A stretch of DNA of 64,000 bases, taken from the NCBI GenBank assembly GCA_964386385.1, contig CAYLRN010000009.1, forward strand, positions 28,488 through 92,487, given 5' to 3'. This stretch comes from an uncultured Lentisphaeraceae bacterium. GTDB lineage: Bacteria; Verrucomicrobiota; Kiritimatiellia; RFP12; UBA1067. Position 1 is the first letter of the stretch, and each line of letters opens with the position of its first letter. Below the pieces are notes generated by a model. The model was given only the letters and a program-made list of their open reading frames with translations, ran no database searches and was not told the DNA's origin. The position numbers and the translations under genes are program-made. This document shows positions 7,903-16,793 of this stretch, piece after piece.

Positions 7903-9576
7903 ATGAAGACGACGATACGAACACTGTCATTGTGCGCCCTGGCGGCCGTGTCCGCGCTGGGCGCGTTTGGCGACTACGCGGCCGACCTCAAGGCCGCGGT
8001 CGGGCGCAAGCGCGACGTCATGTACTACGCGCTCGGCTTCGAGCCGTGCTTCTGGCCGAAGCACGTGCCGTTCAGCCAGCAGAACTTCTGGAACATCCGG
8101 CTCAACGCGCTTTTGAAGACCCCCACGCCGATCGACACGCTCGTATACTGCCCGATCGGCGGGTTCGGATGCCTTTCCGCGAAGATTCCCTCCGCCGAGA
8201 TGCCGACGAAGCAGCCGTCCGACGAATCGACGTGGATGCGCGGCGTCAGAAACGCCCTGCCGGAGTTCGTCAAGGCCGGCACCGACCCCGTCAAGGAAGT
8301 CGTCGCCTGGGCGGAGAAGAACAAGAAGGAGCTGATAATCGCCCTGCCGGTCAATTCGCGCGAGCACGCGAACACGCAGAAGAACCGCCCGATCCTCTGG
8401 GACAACTACTTCTGGAGTCCGTGGAAGGAGCGGCATCCGAACGACCTGATTGGCGCGGCGGCCGACGGCGCGCAGCGCTACGGCAGCGCGACGGACGTGA
8501 ACTACGCGATGGCGTCGGTACGCGCGGAGTACGTGGCGATGGCGAAGGACATTGCCGAGACGTACGCAGTGGACGGAATCATGATGGACTTCTGCTCCGC
8601 GCCGATGCTCTTCGCGACGGTCGCCTGCGGCGGGAAGGCCGGCACGAAGGAGTGGCAGCAGATCACGGAGATGATCGCGCAGATCCGCAAGGCGGTGGAC
8701 GCCGCCGGGCAGAAGCGCGGAAAGCCGATTCTCCTCTCCGCCCGCGTTCCAGATTCGATTCCGTTCTGCAAGGACATGGGGCTTGACCTGATGGCGGTCG
8801 TGGACCAGAAGCTCCTCGACTTCGTCGTCGCTGGCGGCACGGTGGAGCTCAACCCGTGGTCGTACATGGGCGACGCCTTCAAGAAGAGCGGAACGCCTTT
8901 CTACGCCTCTTTCAACATCAGCGACATCTTCGTCGGCAACGACAGCGGCTACGAGGCGGACGACGACAGGCCGACGCTCAAGCGGCAGAGTCCGCACGGC
9001 TATCGCGCCAGGATACAGGAGGCCGGCGTCGGCGGCGCGGCGGGCGTGATGTTCGTCAACCCGTACCACTGGCATCGCTTCGGCCTCCACTGCGTCTGCG
9101 GCACGATACAGAGCGTCAAGACGCAGGACAAGCGCTACTTCGTGACGTACCGCCAGAACTCGACCGCGCGCAACGCGATGTCAGACGGCATGAGGCACTG
9201 CACGCGCGAACAGCTCGTGTCGTGGTGGCCGTACGACCTCAAGGGGGCTCCGGCGAAGTACGGCGTGTACGTCTGGGACGACTTCGCCGCGCTCAAGCGG
9301 CAGGGGAAGGAGCCCATGCGGGCAATCCTCACCACCGAGGCGTCCATCCCAAGCGGATGCCAGATCTCCGTCACGCTCAACGGCAAGCCGCTCAAGCTGC
9401 TCAAGAAAATAGCGGGCAGCCAGCAGTTCGAGGCGCCGCTTGCGTCCCTCAAGTACGGGCGCAACGAGGTGGTGGTCAAGTCCTCGGGCAAGAACAAACG
9501 CGGGCAGACGACTAAACTGGGCAACATCGCCATCGACGTGATGTTCGGCAATGGCAAGGAAGGCGGTGCGAAATGA
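7903..9576 (+). CDS. Lipoprotein of unknown function, possibly a TIM-barrel GHL10-like glycoside-hydrolase-like protein
   Basis: Signal/lipobox MKTTIRTLSLCALAAVSALGAFG. Motif DGIMMDFCSAP resembles the GHL10 DG[IV]xxD[YF]xxxP pattern. The stop overlaps the next start (ATGA at 9573-9576). Confidence 0.35.
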   Translation: MKTTIRTLSLCALAAVSALGAFGDYAADLKAAVGRKRDVMYYALGFEPCFWPKHVPFSQQNFWNIRLNALLKTPTPIDTLVYCPIGGFGCLSAKIPSAEMPTKQPSDESTWMRGVRNALPEFVKAGTDPVKEVVAWAEKNKKELIIALPVNSREHANTQKNRPILWDNYFWSPWKERHPNDLIGAAADGAQRYGSATDVNYAMASVRAEYVAMAKDIAETYAVDGIMMDFCSAPMLFATVACGGKAGTKEWQQITEMIAQIRKAVDAAGQKRGKPILLSARVPDSIPFCKDMGLDLMAVVDQKLLDFVVAGGTVELNPWSYMGDAFKKSGTPFYASFNISDIFVGNDSGYEADDDRPTLKRQSPHGYRARIQEAGVGGAAGVMFVNPYHWHRFGLHCVCGTIQSVKTQDKRYFVTYRQNSTARNAMSDGMRHCTREQLVSWWPYDLKGAPAKYGVYVWDDFAALKRQGKEPMRAILTTEASIPSGCQISVTLNGKPLKLLKKIAGSQQFEAPLASLKYGRNEVVVKSSGKNKRGQTTKLGNIAIDVMFGNGKEGGAK

Positions 9577-11195
9577 GCAGCGACGCGTCGGAGAAGATCG
9601 CCGAGAACGCCGGCAAGCTCGAGGAACTCGAAAAGCTCTTCGACCAGCCGTCAACGTGGCAGCGTCTGCGCATTCTTTTCACGGGGCTTGGCAAGCCGCG
9701 CAAGTCGCGCGAGTTCAAGGAGGCGTGGGTGGAGTTCCAGCGGCTGTCGGCGCCGCTCCTGGCAACCCTGCTCCCGGTAATCGCAATCGCGATCCTGATC
9801 GTCTGCGCCACGCCGGACGCCGTCGACAAGACGTTCCAGAACATCCAGATCGTCGAGGCGGAGCAGGAGGAGGAGCTTGTCGATGCGCCGGACGACCCGC
9901 TTGACACGCCGATAGAGATTGCGCAGGACATCGACGTCACGATGGAAGTGGACGTGGCGCCCGACGTCATAAACCCCGTCCAGACGCTTGCGCCGTCGAC
10001 CCCGACTCCGGCCGCGCCGACCGTCGAGGCCGTCATGAGCGTCGTCTCGCCCGTCAGGATGAAGAACGTCTTCGCAGACAACCGCTCCGCATCCGCCCGC
10101 GCCAAGTCCCTTCGCCACTTCGGCGGCGACCGGCAGACCGAGGCCGCCGTGATGCGCGCGCTGCGCTGGCTCAAGACGCGGCAGAACAAGGACGGCAGCT
10201 GGCCGGGCGCCGCCGGCGCGGACCAGATGCGTCCCACCGGCCTCGTCATCCTCACCTTTCTCTCGCACGGCGAGAAGCCGGGCGCGACCAAGGAGTTCGG
10301 CGAGACCGTCCAGCGCGGCGTCCAGTACCTCATGAGCCAAGGCAGCCTCGACGCCGCCGAGATGCACGCCCTCGCGGAGTCGTTCGGAATGTCGCGCAAC
10401 CCGAACATCAAGGACGTCGTCGAGAAGAGGCTCAACGCGCTTGCAGACCGCCTTGCCGACACGGAATGGGGGCCGCCCCGCGACGGCTCGAAGGCCGTCC
10501 TCCCGCGCCTTCTGCCCATGACGTTCGAGACGATGGCCCTTCGCAGCGCGAAGCTCAGCCACTTCGACCTTCCGAACATGGACAAGGCCCTGGCCAAACT
10601 CAAGGCCGGCTTCCTCTGTCAGGCGAACCTCAAGAGCGGTGGCTTCTCCGACGACCACTGGGGGCCGCCTCGCGCGAACTACCGTCGCACCGGCACGTGG
10701 CACTTCATGGTCGGCGTCGTCGCCATGCAGTACCTCGGCGCAAGTTCGCATGCCGTGATCGAGAAGACGCTCGCGATTCTCGACGACGACTGGGAGCCGC
10801 CGACGCTCGAGACGTCCGACATCTCCTGCTGCCCCGTGCGCGGAAACTACTGGGCCACGATGGTGTTCTTCAACGCCGGCGGAAAGCGCTGGGCGAACTG
10901 GAACCGCGACATGAAGCGCGTGTACGTCGGCGGACAGCACATACTCCGCGACGTGAAGTACGTCGACCCCGACGGAAAGCCGCAGGAAATCGGGCACTGG
11001 ACGTGCGAGGACATGCACATCAGCCGCGACAAGGCGGGGCGCGACATCATCTCCACCTGCTACATCGCCCAACAGCTGATGGTCTACTACCGCTACCTTC
11101 CCACCAGCAAGTCCGAGGTCTGGGCCGGCGAAGTCGAGAAGAAGGCGCCAGTTGCGGAAAAGGACGACGTCGCCGTCAGCGTCGACGACCTCTAA
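9573..11195 (+). CDS. Membrane-anchored protein with prenyltransferase/squalene-oxidase-type (alpha-alpha toroid) repeats
   Basis: N-terminal TM segment LLATLLPVIAIAILIVCA. Repeat RALRWLKTRQNKDGSWPG is typical of prenyltransferase/SQHop-cyclase repeats. Translationally coupled to the upstream lipoprotein gene. Confidence 0.45.
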   Translation: MSSDASEKIAENAGKLEELEKLFDQPSTWQRLRILFTGLGKPRKSREFKEAWVEFQRLSAPLLATLLPVIAIAILIVCATPDAVDKTFQNIQIVEAEQEEELVDAPDDPLDTPIEIAQDIDVTMEVDVAPDVINPVQTLAPSTPTPAAPTVEAVMSVVSPVRMKNVFADNRSASARAKSLRHFGGDRQTEAAVMRALRWLKTRQNKDGSWPGAAGADQMRPTGLVILTFLSHGEKPGATKEFGETVQRGVQYLMSQGSLDAAEMHALAESFGMSRNPNIKDVVEKRLNALADRLADTEWGPPRDGSKAVLPRLLPMTFETMALRSAKLSHFDLPNMDKALAKLKAGFLCQANLKSGGFSDDHWGPPRANYRRTGTWHFMVGVVAMQYLGASSHAVIEKTLAILDDDWEPPTLETSDISCCPVRGNYWATMVFFNAGGKRWANWNRDMKRVYVGGQHILRDVKYVDPDGKPQEIGHWTCEDMHISRDKAGRDIISTCYIAQQLMVYYRYLPTSKSEVWAGEVEKKAPVAEKDDVAVSVDDL

Positions 11196-11480
11196 ATGAT
11201 TAAGTGATTAAGTTGCAGCCAACGCGGCGGGGTGGAAGGCGGTTGTCCTCAATCGCCGCCGCGCCTGAATCGGCATATGAGTGGGCCATTCGGTAGGGCG
11301 GGGCGTCCCGCCCCGCCGAATCCGTCCGTGCATGGGAGGGACGCGCTCCCGCGCGTCCGGCGCCGTCGACGAAACGGCGCGACGAGACGTCGCGCCCTAC
11401 CGGATTGCCTTCGTTTTGCCTCGGTCGCGCAGTAGCGCGCCCCTCCCGACTTAACCGCTTAATCACTTAACCACTTAATC
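11196..11480. repeat. Composite repeat element: inverted AT-rich TTAAGTGG ends bracketing a REP family A/B core
   Basis: Left end GATTAAGTGATTAAGTTG (11196-). Internal units GGTAGGGCGGGGCGTCCCGCCCCGCC (11292-11317), GGGAGGGACGCGCTCCCGCGCG and GGCGCGACGAGACGTCGCGCCCTACC (11376-11401). Right end ACTTAACCGCTTAATCACTTAACCACTTAATC (11448-11480). Confidence 0.75.
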
Positions 11481-11717
11481 TTTTCGTCCCCCTCCGCCAC
11501 CGCATCTTCCATTTCCATGGGGCAAATGTGCGCAAAAATCGCCAAAACTCACGATTTGCGTTCTGCGAAAAAAAAAAATGAATTTATGGGTTGTGTTCCA
11601 TGTCAAAAAACAGTAAAATACGCATCCATGATTTCCTCTCCTTTCGGGTTGGGGCGAGGAAGTCGCAATTCATTGAAATGGCAAATGCAATAACGAATGC
11701 AAGGGAAAAGTGAGAGT

Positions 11718-12926
11718 ATGTCAGGTCTGAATGGTGTGTGTGTCGCATGGGTCCGGCGTTGGGCGGCGATGGCAGCCCTGTGCGCGGGGGTGTCGTGTTC
11801 GTCCGCCTTTGCGGCGGGCGAGGGTTCACTCTACTGCGTCATCGATTTGTCCGGCGGCGCGAACGCGGCAGCCTATCCGGTCTCGTATCTTGACGCGGAG
11901 CCGGCGGGCGGCTGGGCGGACGAGCACAAGACGACGAAGCTCGTCCTGCGCCGGATCGAGCCCGGGACGTTCAAGATGCACAACGTCCAGGACGTCACGC
12001 TGACGCGCGCGTACTACATCGGCGTCTTCGAAGTGACCCAGAGGCAGTACGAACTCGTCACGGGGACGAATCCTTCCGACTATGGGACGTACGCCAGTTC
12101 ATATGTCGGCGACATGCGTCCGGTCGAGAGCGTCAAGTGGAACGACGCGCGCGGCGTCTCCACGACGTACGACTGGCCGACCGTGAAGACCGTGGACGGC
12201 AGCTCATTTATCGGGCGCATTCGCGCGCGGACCGGACTGATCGTAGACCTGCCGACGTACGCCCAGTGGGAGTACGCCTGCCGCGCGGGGGCGGACGAAC
12301 TCTACAACCGCGAAAACTTCGACGAGGAAACGCTCAATCTCATCGCCCGGTGGAACGAGAACCGCGGATACGACACGCACACGGTCGTCGGGTCGTATCG
12401 TCCGAACGCATGGGGCCTGTACGACATGATCGGCAACGTCAACGAATGGTGTCTTGACTGGTACTCCGACACGCTGACGTACGGCGTCAATCCCACTGGG
12501 GCGACGACGGGGGAGAAGCGCGTAATCTGCGGCGGAGCATGGTGGACGGGGCTGAGTTCCGGGCTCTTCAACAGCTTCACGATCAACAGCGCCGGCGCCG
12601 ACACTGCGGAAAGCGACCTGCGCGGCATCGGACTGCGTCTTGTCGGCAACACGGACGGCGAGGTCGATTCGCTGCGCATCACGGCGATTTCGGTCGACGA
12701 GGTGGCGCGGACGGCCACGCTTGAGGCGGCGTACACGATGGCGTGGGGCGAGCCGGATCCCGTGGACTTCAAGGTCAAGCACTTCGCCGCGCTGGAGGAG
12801 GTGGAGACGCAGACGCTCGAGCCGGTGGCGATTCCCGTCCTCGACAGGGAGCGCGGGCTTGCGACGCTGACTGTCGATCTCCCGGAAGGAGCGCTGGGCT
12901 TCATGCGCATGATCGTCGTGGAATGA
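11718..12926 (+). CDS. Formylglycine-generating-enzyme (FGE-sulfatase/SUMF1) domain protein, secreted
   Basis: Signal peptide present. FGE motifs YIGVFEVTQRQYELV, WEYACRAGADELY and GLYDMIGNVNEWCLDWY. An RBS-like GAGAG precedes the 11718 ATG. Confidence 0.65.
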   Translation: MSGLNGVCVAWVRRWAAMAALCAGVSCSSAFAAGEGSLYCVIDLSGGANAAAYPVSYLDAEPAGGWADEHKTTKLVLRRIEPGTFKMHNVQDVTLTRAYYIGVFEVTQRQYELVTGTNPSDYGTYASSYVGDMRPVESVKWNDARGVSTTYDWPTVKTVDGSSFIGRIRARTGLIVDLPTYAQWEYACRAGADELYNRENFDEETLNLIARWNENRGYDTHTVVGSYRPNAWGLYDMIGNVNEWCLDWYSDTLTYGVNPTGATTGEKRVICGGAWWTGLSSGLFNSFTINSAGADTAESDLRGIGLRLVGNTDGEVDSLRITAISVDEVARTATLEAAYTMAWGEPDPVDFKVKHFAALEEVETQTLEPVAIPVLDRERGLATLTVDLPEGALGFMRMIVVE

Positions 12927-12959
12927 CGGGCAGATGCGCATTCCCGGCGATGCGACGGC

Positions 12960-12994
12960 GCGGGCGGCGAAAGCCGCCCGCGTCCGCTTTTTCC
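12960..12994 (+). terminator. Rho-independent terminator after the FGE-domain gene
   Basis: Stem GCGGGCGGC, loop GAAA, stem GCCGCCCGC (perfect 9 bp), followed by GTCCGCTTTTTCC. Confidence 0.55.
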
Positions 12995-13032
12995 GTGTTT
13001 GATGTCACAGACTGCAGCGACAAACATACGGC

Positions 13033-13061
13033 TTGAAATCTCCGATTGGATGTTGTATAGT
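13033..13061 (+). promoter_or_regulatory. Sigma70-like promoter TTGAAA-17-TATAGT for the relB/dinJ-PIN operon
   Basis: TTGAAA at 13033-13038 and TATAGT at 13056-13061 with a 17-nt spacer, in an AT-rich stretch 40 nt upstream of the antitoxin ATG. Confidence 0.5.
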
Positions 13062-13101
13062 ACAAGTCATTCAGAAATGAATGCGTTTTGCATGAGGTTG
13101 T

Positions 13102-13407
13102 ATGGCACAGGCATTGGTACAGGTAAGGGTTGAGCGGACGCTTAAAGAGCAGGCCGCGACAATCTATGACGCCATCGGTATGGATCTGCCGACGGCGATC
13201 CGCATGTTCTTCAAGAAGAGCGTTATGGTTGGGGGGTTGCCGTTCGACGGCAGAATCCAGATGCGCGACCATGCGGCCATTTTGGCATTTGAGTCGATGC
13301 GCGCAAAGGTTGAATCCTCCAATGCCGAAGAGCCGTCGATGGATGAAATCAACGACTTCATCTCAACCGTTCGCGGCAGTCGGCGGACAGTAGGGCAGAA
13401 CGCATGA
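13102..13407 (+). CDS. Type II antitoxin, RelB/DinJ family
   Basis: VERTLKEQAATIYDAIGMDLPTAIRMFFKKSV...LPFD matches the DinJ/RelB N-terminal pattern. 101 aa. Overlaps the toxin gene by 4 nt. Confidence 0.65.
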   Translation: MAQALVQVRVERTLKEQAATIYDAIGMDLPTAIRMFFKKSVMVGGLPFDGRIQMRDHAAILAFESMRAKVESSNAEEPSMDEINDFISTVRGSRRTVGQNA

Positions 13408-13802
13408 TTCGGGCGGTAATTGACACGAATGTGCTTGTCTCGGCGTTCTGGACACGGAATCGGAGTTCGCCCACCGTGCGGATTGCCCATGCAATGGTGC
13501 ATGGCGGTTTTACGCCTGTGTATTCGCCGGAAATGATTTCGGAATATAGAGAAGTGCTGTCTCGCGCAAAGTTCAACTTTTCAGCCGACGACGTAGATGC
13601 CCTTGTCGATCACATTGTCGCCCACGGTGAGTTGGCAGAGCCGGTGGATGTCGATGCGCATTTTCCCGACCCAACGGGCAAGGTTTTCTACTGCACGGCT
13701 TTTGCCGGCGTCGCACACCTCGTCACGGGCAATCTGAAACATTATCCAATGGCGCATTTCGTTGTCAGTCCTGCGCAATTCTGCGATATTGCGGGAATAT
13801 AG
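13404..13802 (+). CDS. PIN-domain toxin (putative toxin-antitoxin system toxin component, PIN family)
   Basis: MIRAVIDTNVLVSAF...ISEYREVLSRAKF resembles TIGR00305-type PIN toxins. 132 aa. Confidence 0.65.
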   Translation: MIRAVIDTNVLVSAFWTRNRSSPTVRIAHAMVHGGFTPVYSPEMISEYREVLSRAKFNFSADDVDALVDHIVAHGELAEPVDVDAHFPDPTGKVFYCTAFAGVAHLVTGNLKHYPMAHFVVSPAQFCDIAGI

Positions 13803-13850
13803 AATGACCAGGAGATTCGTTGGGCGGAAACGAAGTATACAGGAGGCGGC

Positions 13851-14030
13851 ATGGGCGAAAACAAGATAGTCGTGTATCAGCCGAACGACACCGTGCGGCT
13901 GGACGTGCGCCTTTAAAACGAGACGGTGTGGCTGACGCAGAGCCAGATGGCGGAACTGTTTGGTTGCATGACGCTTCCGACATCTATCGGCAGAGGTTTG
14001 GCGCCGAGGGGCATTCAAACGAGGACATCG
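13851..14030 (+). pseudogene. Decayed N-terminal fragment of a RhuM-family (virulence protein RhuM) gene
   Basis: MGENKIVVYQPNDTVRLDVRL-stop(TAA)-NETVWLTQSQMAELFG matches the RhuM N-terminus (IIIYQ..DG.T.I.V.LEN.TVWL.Q.QMA.LF). It is interrupted by a stop and followed by frame shifts. Confidence 0.45.
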
Positions 14031-14039
14031 CGGCTGTCC

Positions 14040-14125
14040 CCATGTTCGCGATTCCGCAGGCAGGCCTGCTTGTCGGCGGGTTTCCGTGCCAGGACTATTC
14101 CGTGGCGTCCGGCAGGGGCGCGAAT
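14040..14125 (+). pseudogene. Fragment of a C5 cytosine methyltransferase (motif IV region only)
   Basis: LLVGGFPCQDYSVASG (14085-14123 encodes GGFPCQDYSVASG) is the PCQ catalytic motif. There is no intact methyltransferase ORF around it. Confidence 0.4.
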
Positions 14126-14163
14126 ATGCCGATGCCGTTGCGAGGCGTTCGGGCGAAAATGCT

Positions 14164-14189
14164 GGCGCGACGGGATGTCGCGCCCTACC
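14164..14189. repeat. Solitary REP family A unit (GGCGCGACGGGATGTCGCGCCCTACC)
   Basis: Same unit as at 3956, 11376 and 50187, with one substitution. Confidence 0.7.
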
Positions 14190-14292
14190 ATATGAGGCAG
14201 TTCTGGGGCGGCGTGGGGTCTTTCGTGTCCGCGCAGACGGTTTTCGCGTTCGTTCGCGTTTGCCCCGCAGGGCGTTCGCGCGCGAAAGCGAC

Positions 14293-14321
14293 TTGATTTT
14301 CCTCCGATCAATGGGTATAAT
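14293..14321 (+). promoter_or_regulatory. Near-consensus sigma70 promoter TTGATT-17-TGgTATAAT for V-ATPase D-I-K
   Basis: TTGATT at 14293-14298, a 17-nt spacer ending in TGG, and TATAAT at 14316-14321. It lies 32 nt upstream of the subunit-D ATG. Confidence 0.55.
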
Positions 14322-14352
14322 CACAAGCCAAATTCTGTTCGGAGTCATTGCC

Positions 14353-14958
14353 ATGGCGAAGATCAAGTTCACTAAAACGGAATTGAAGGCGCAGACGGAC
14401 GCTTTGAAGCGGTTCATGCGCTTCCTTCCGATGCTGCAGTTGAAGAAGCAGCAGCTGCAAGGCGAAATCGCCGGCGTCGTCGCGAAGGCGGAGGCCGTTT
14501 CCGCAAGGGAAAAGGCCGCCCGCGATTCGCTCGACGGCTGGATCGGCCTTCTTGCCACCGGCGAGGGCCTCCTTGCCGGGCTCGTCACGGTGAAGTCGGT
14601 CAGGACTTCGAGCGCCAACGTCGCCGGCGTGGAGATTCCCGTCTTCGACGGAATAGAGACCGACGTCCGTCCCGTCGACCTGTGGGCGACCCCGGCGTGG
14701 GTGGACGACGCCGTCGCGGCGATCGTGGACGTTCTGACGCTTCAGGGCGAGCGCGCCGTCCTGGAAAGGCAGCGCGAGCTGATCTCCGCAGAGCTTCTCA
14801 CCACGTCACAGCGCGTCAACCTGTTCGAGAAGGTGAAGATTCCGCAGTGCCGGGAGAACATCCGCGTCATCAAGATCGCCATCGGCGACGAGCAGACCGC
14901 GGCCGTGACGCGGGGCAAGATCGCCAAGTCGCGCGGAGCGGAGGAGGTGTGCGAATGA
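14353..14958 (+). CDS. atpD: V-type ATP synthase subunit D
   Basis: MAKIKFTKTELKAQTDALKRFMRFLPMLQLKKQQLQ, 201 aa. The stop overlaps the next start (ATGA). Confidence 0.75.
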   Translation: MAKIKFTKTELKAQTDALKRFMRFLPMLQLKKQQLQGEIAGVVAKAEAVSAREKAARDSLDGWIGLLATGEGLLAGLVTVKSVRTSSANVAGVEIPVFDGIETDVRPVDLWATPAWVDDAVAAIVDVLTLQGERAVLERQRELISAELLTTSQRVNLFEKVKIPQCRENIRVIKIAIGDEQTAAVTRGKIAKSRGAEEVCE

Positions 14959-16745
14959 TCGTTCCGATGAAGCATTTGACGCTCCTGTGCGTCGCAGGGG
15001 ACGGCGACAGGACGCTTGAGGCCCTGCGCGGGCTCGGATGCGTCCAGATGGACTTCTCCGCCGCCGGCTCGCCGGAGCTGGCGCGTGCGAGGGAGGACCT
15101 TTCGGACGCCGAACGCGCAGTCCGCATCATCGCGAAGGCGGCGAAGGAGGCCTGCGGCGAGAAGGGCGGCGGCCGCTTCGACGGCGTGTCCGACGAGGAA
15201 CTTGTCGCCGCCGTCCTGAAGGCCGACGAGGAGCGCAGAGCGCTTTCCGAAGAGGCGCTGCGGCTGCGGCAGACGATTCGCGCCTACGCGCCGTTCGGCG
15301 ACTTCGACCCGGCTCTCGCCGCGTCGCTCCGCGAACGGGGCGTCCGCATCTCGCTTGCGAAGGGACGCCGGGGCGCGGTCCCGGCCGTCGCCGGCGGCGG
15401 ATACGTCCAGAAACTTGGCGAGGATGCGAAGTCGGACTATTTCGCGGTCGTCAACGCGGACGTCCCGGAGGGATGCGAGGCGACGCCGTTTCCGCCGGAG
15501 CGGCTGTCCGCGCTGCGGACGCGCCTTTCCGCCCTTGAAAGCCGCATTTCGCTGGTGGTTGGCGACCTGGCGGCGGCGCGCGCGCGCGTCCCGGCGATTG
15601 CCGGGAAGACGCCTGGTTTGAGGGACAGGATCGACTTCGCGGCCGCGCGCGACGCGCTGTCCGCGCACGGCGAGGTCGTGTCGCTTGAAGGCTGGGTCCC
15701 CGCCGACGCCGCGGACGCCGTTTTTGCCGCCGCCCGGGAAAACGGCTGGGGCGTTCTCGCGCGCGACGCGAAGGACGACGAGAACCCGCCGACGCTGATC
15801 CGTCCGCCGCGGTTGTTCCGTCCGGTCACGGCCCTCTTCGACGGACTTGGAATCGCGCCCGGCTACAGGGAGGCGGACGTTTCCGTGCCGTTCATGTGCT
15901 ACTTCACGCTCTTCTTCGCGATGCTCGTGGGCGACGGCGGATACGGCGCGATCATTCTCGCGGCGACGCTGGCGGGCTGGTTCAGGACGAGGCCGGGGAA
16001 GGGCGGAAGGCGCTCTCCGGCCGTGTCCGGCTGGCTGACGCTCATGACGGTCTTTTCGACGGCCACGATTGTCTGGGGGCTTCTCTCCAACACCTGGTTC
16101 GGCGCCGGCTTCCCGTTCGCCGCGGACTGGCCGACGGTGAAGTGGCTTGCGGACCCGTCGTACAACAACATGATGCTCCTCTGCTTCACGATTGGCGTCT
16201 CGCACTTGACGATCGCGCACGTGTGGACGGGGCTTTGCATGCTGAACGACCGCGCATGCCTGAGCCAGTTCGGCTGGGCCGGGATCATCGTCTTCATGTA
16301 CGTCGTCACGAATTCGATAGTGGGGATATTCGGCGCCGTGCCAGCGTGGGCGTTCTGGATGCTCGGCGTGTCGCTCGTGTGCGTCTTCTGCTTCACGCTG
16401 AAAAGGGGCGAGCTCAAGACGCGCGGAATCGAGCTTGGAATGCTGCCGCTCAACATAATGAGCGCTCTGGGGGACATAATATCCTACGTTCGCCTCTTCG
16501 CCGTGGGGCTGGCCTCCGTAAAGGTGGCGGAAAACTTCAACATGATGGCGACGGAGCTGGACCTGCCGCTGTGGCTGAAGGTCGTTCCGATGGTGGCGAT
16601 CCTGCTCGTCGGGCACGGCCTCAACTTCGTGATGGCGGCACTTTCCGTCCTCGTGCACGCGGTGCGGCTGAACACCCTCGAATTCTCCTCCCACAAGGGG
16701 ATCTCGTGGTCCGGGTACGCGTTCGCGCCGTTCCGCAGGCATTGA
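14955..16745 (+). CDS. atpI: V-type ATP synthase subunit I (a-subunit)
   Basis: 596 aa. Hydrophilic N-terminal half and a C-terminal half with multiple TM helices, in gene-order context D-I-K. Confidence 0.7.
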   Translation: MIVPMKHLTLLCVAGDGDRTLEALRGLGCVQMDFSAAGSPELARAREDLSDAERAVRIIAKAAKEACGEKGGGRFDGVSDEELVAAVLKADEERRALSEEALRLRQTIRAYAPFGDFDPALAASLRERGVRISLAKGRRGAVPAVAGGGYVQKLGEDAKSDYFAVVNADVPEGCEATPFPPERLSALRTRLSALESRISLVVGDLAAARARVPAIAGKTPGLRDRIDFAAARDALSAHGEVVSLEGWVPADAADAVFAAARENGWGVLARDAKDDENPPTLIRPPRLFRPVTALFDGLGIAPGYREADVSVPFMCYFTLFFAMLVGDGGYGAIILAATLAGWFRTRPGKGGRRSPAVSGWLTLMTVFSTATIVWGLLSNTWFGAGFPFAADWPTVKWLADPSYNNMMLLCFTIGVSHLTIAHVWTGLCMLNDRACLSQFGWAGIIVFMYVVTNSIVGIFGAVPAWAFWMLGVSLVCVFCFTLKRGELKTRGIELGMLPLNIMSALGDIISYVRLFAVGLASVKVAENFNMMATELDLPLWLKVVPMVAILLVGHGLNFVMAALSVLVHAVRLNTLEFSSHKGISWSGYAFAPFRRH

Positions 16746-16793
16746 CGGGCTTCATCTGGCAAAAGGCATCAAAGCAAAAAGGAGTATCGCAAA

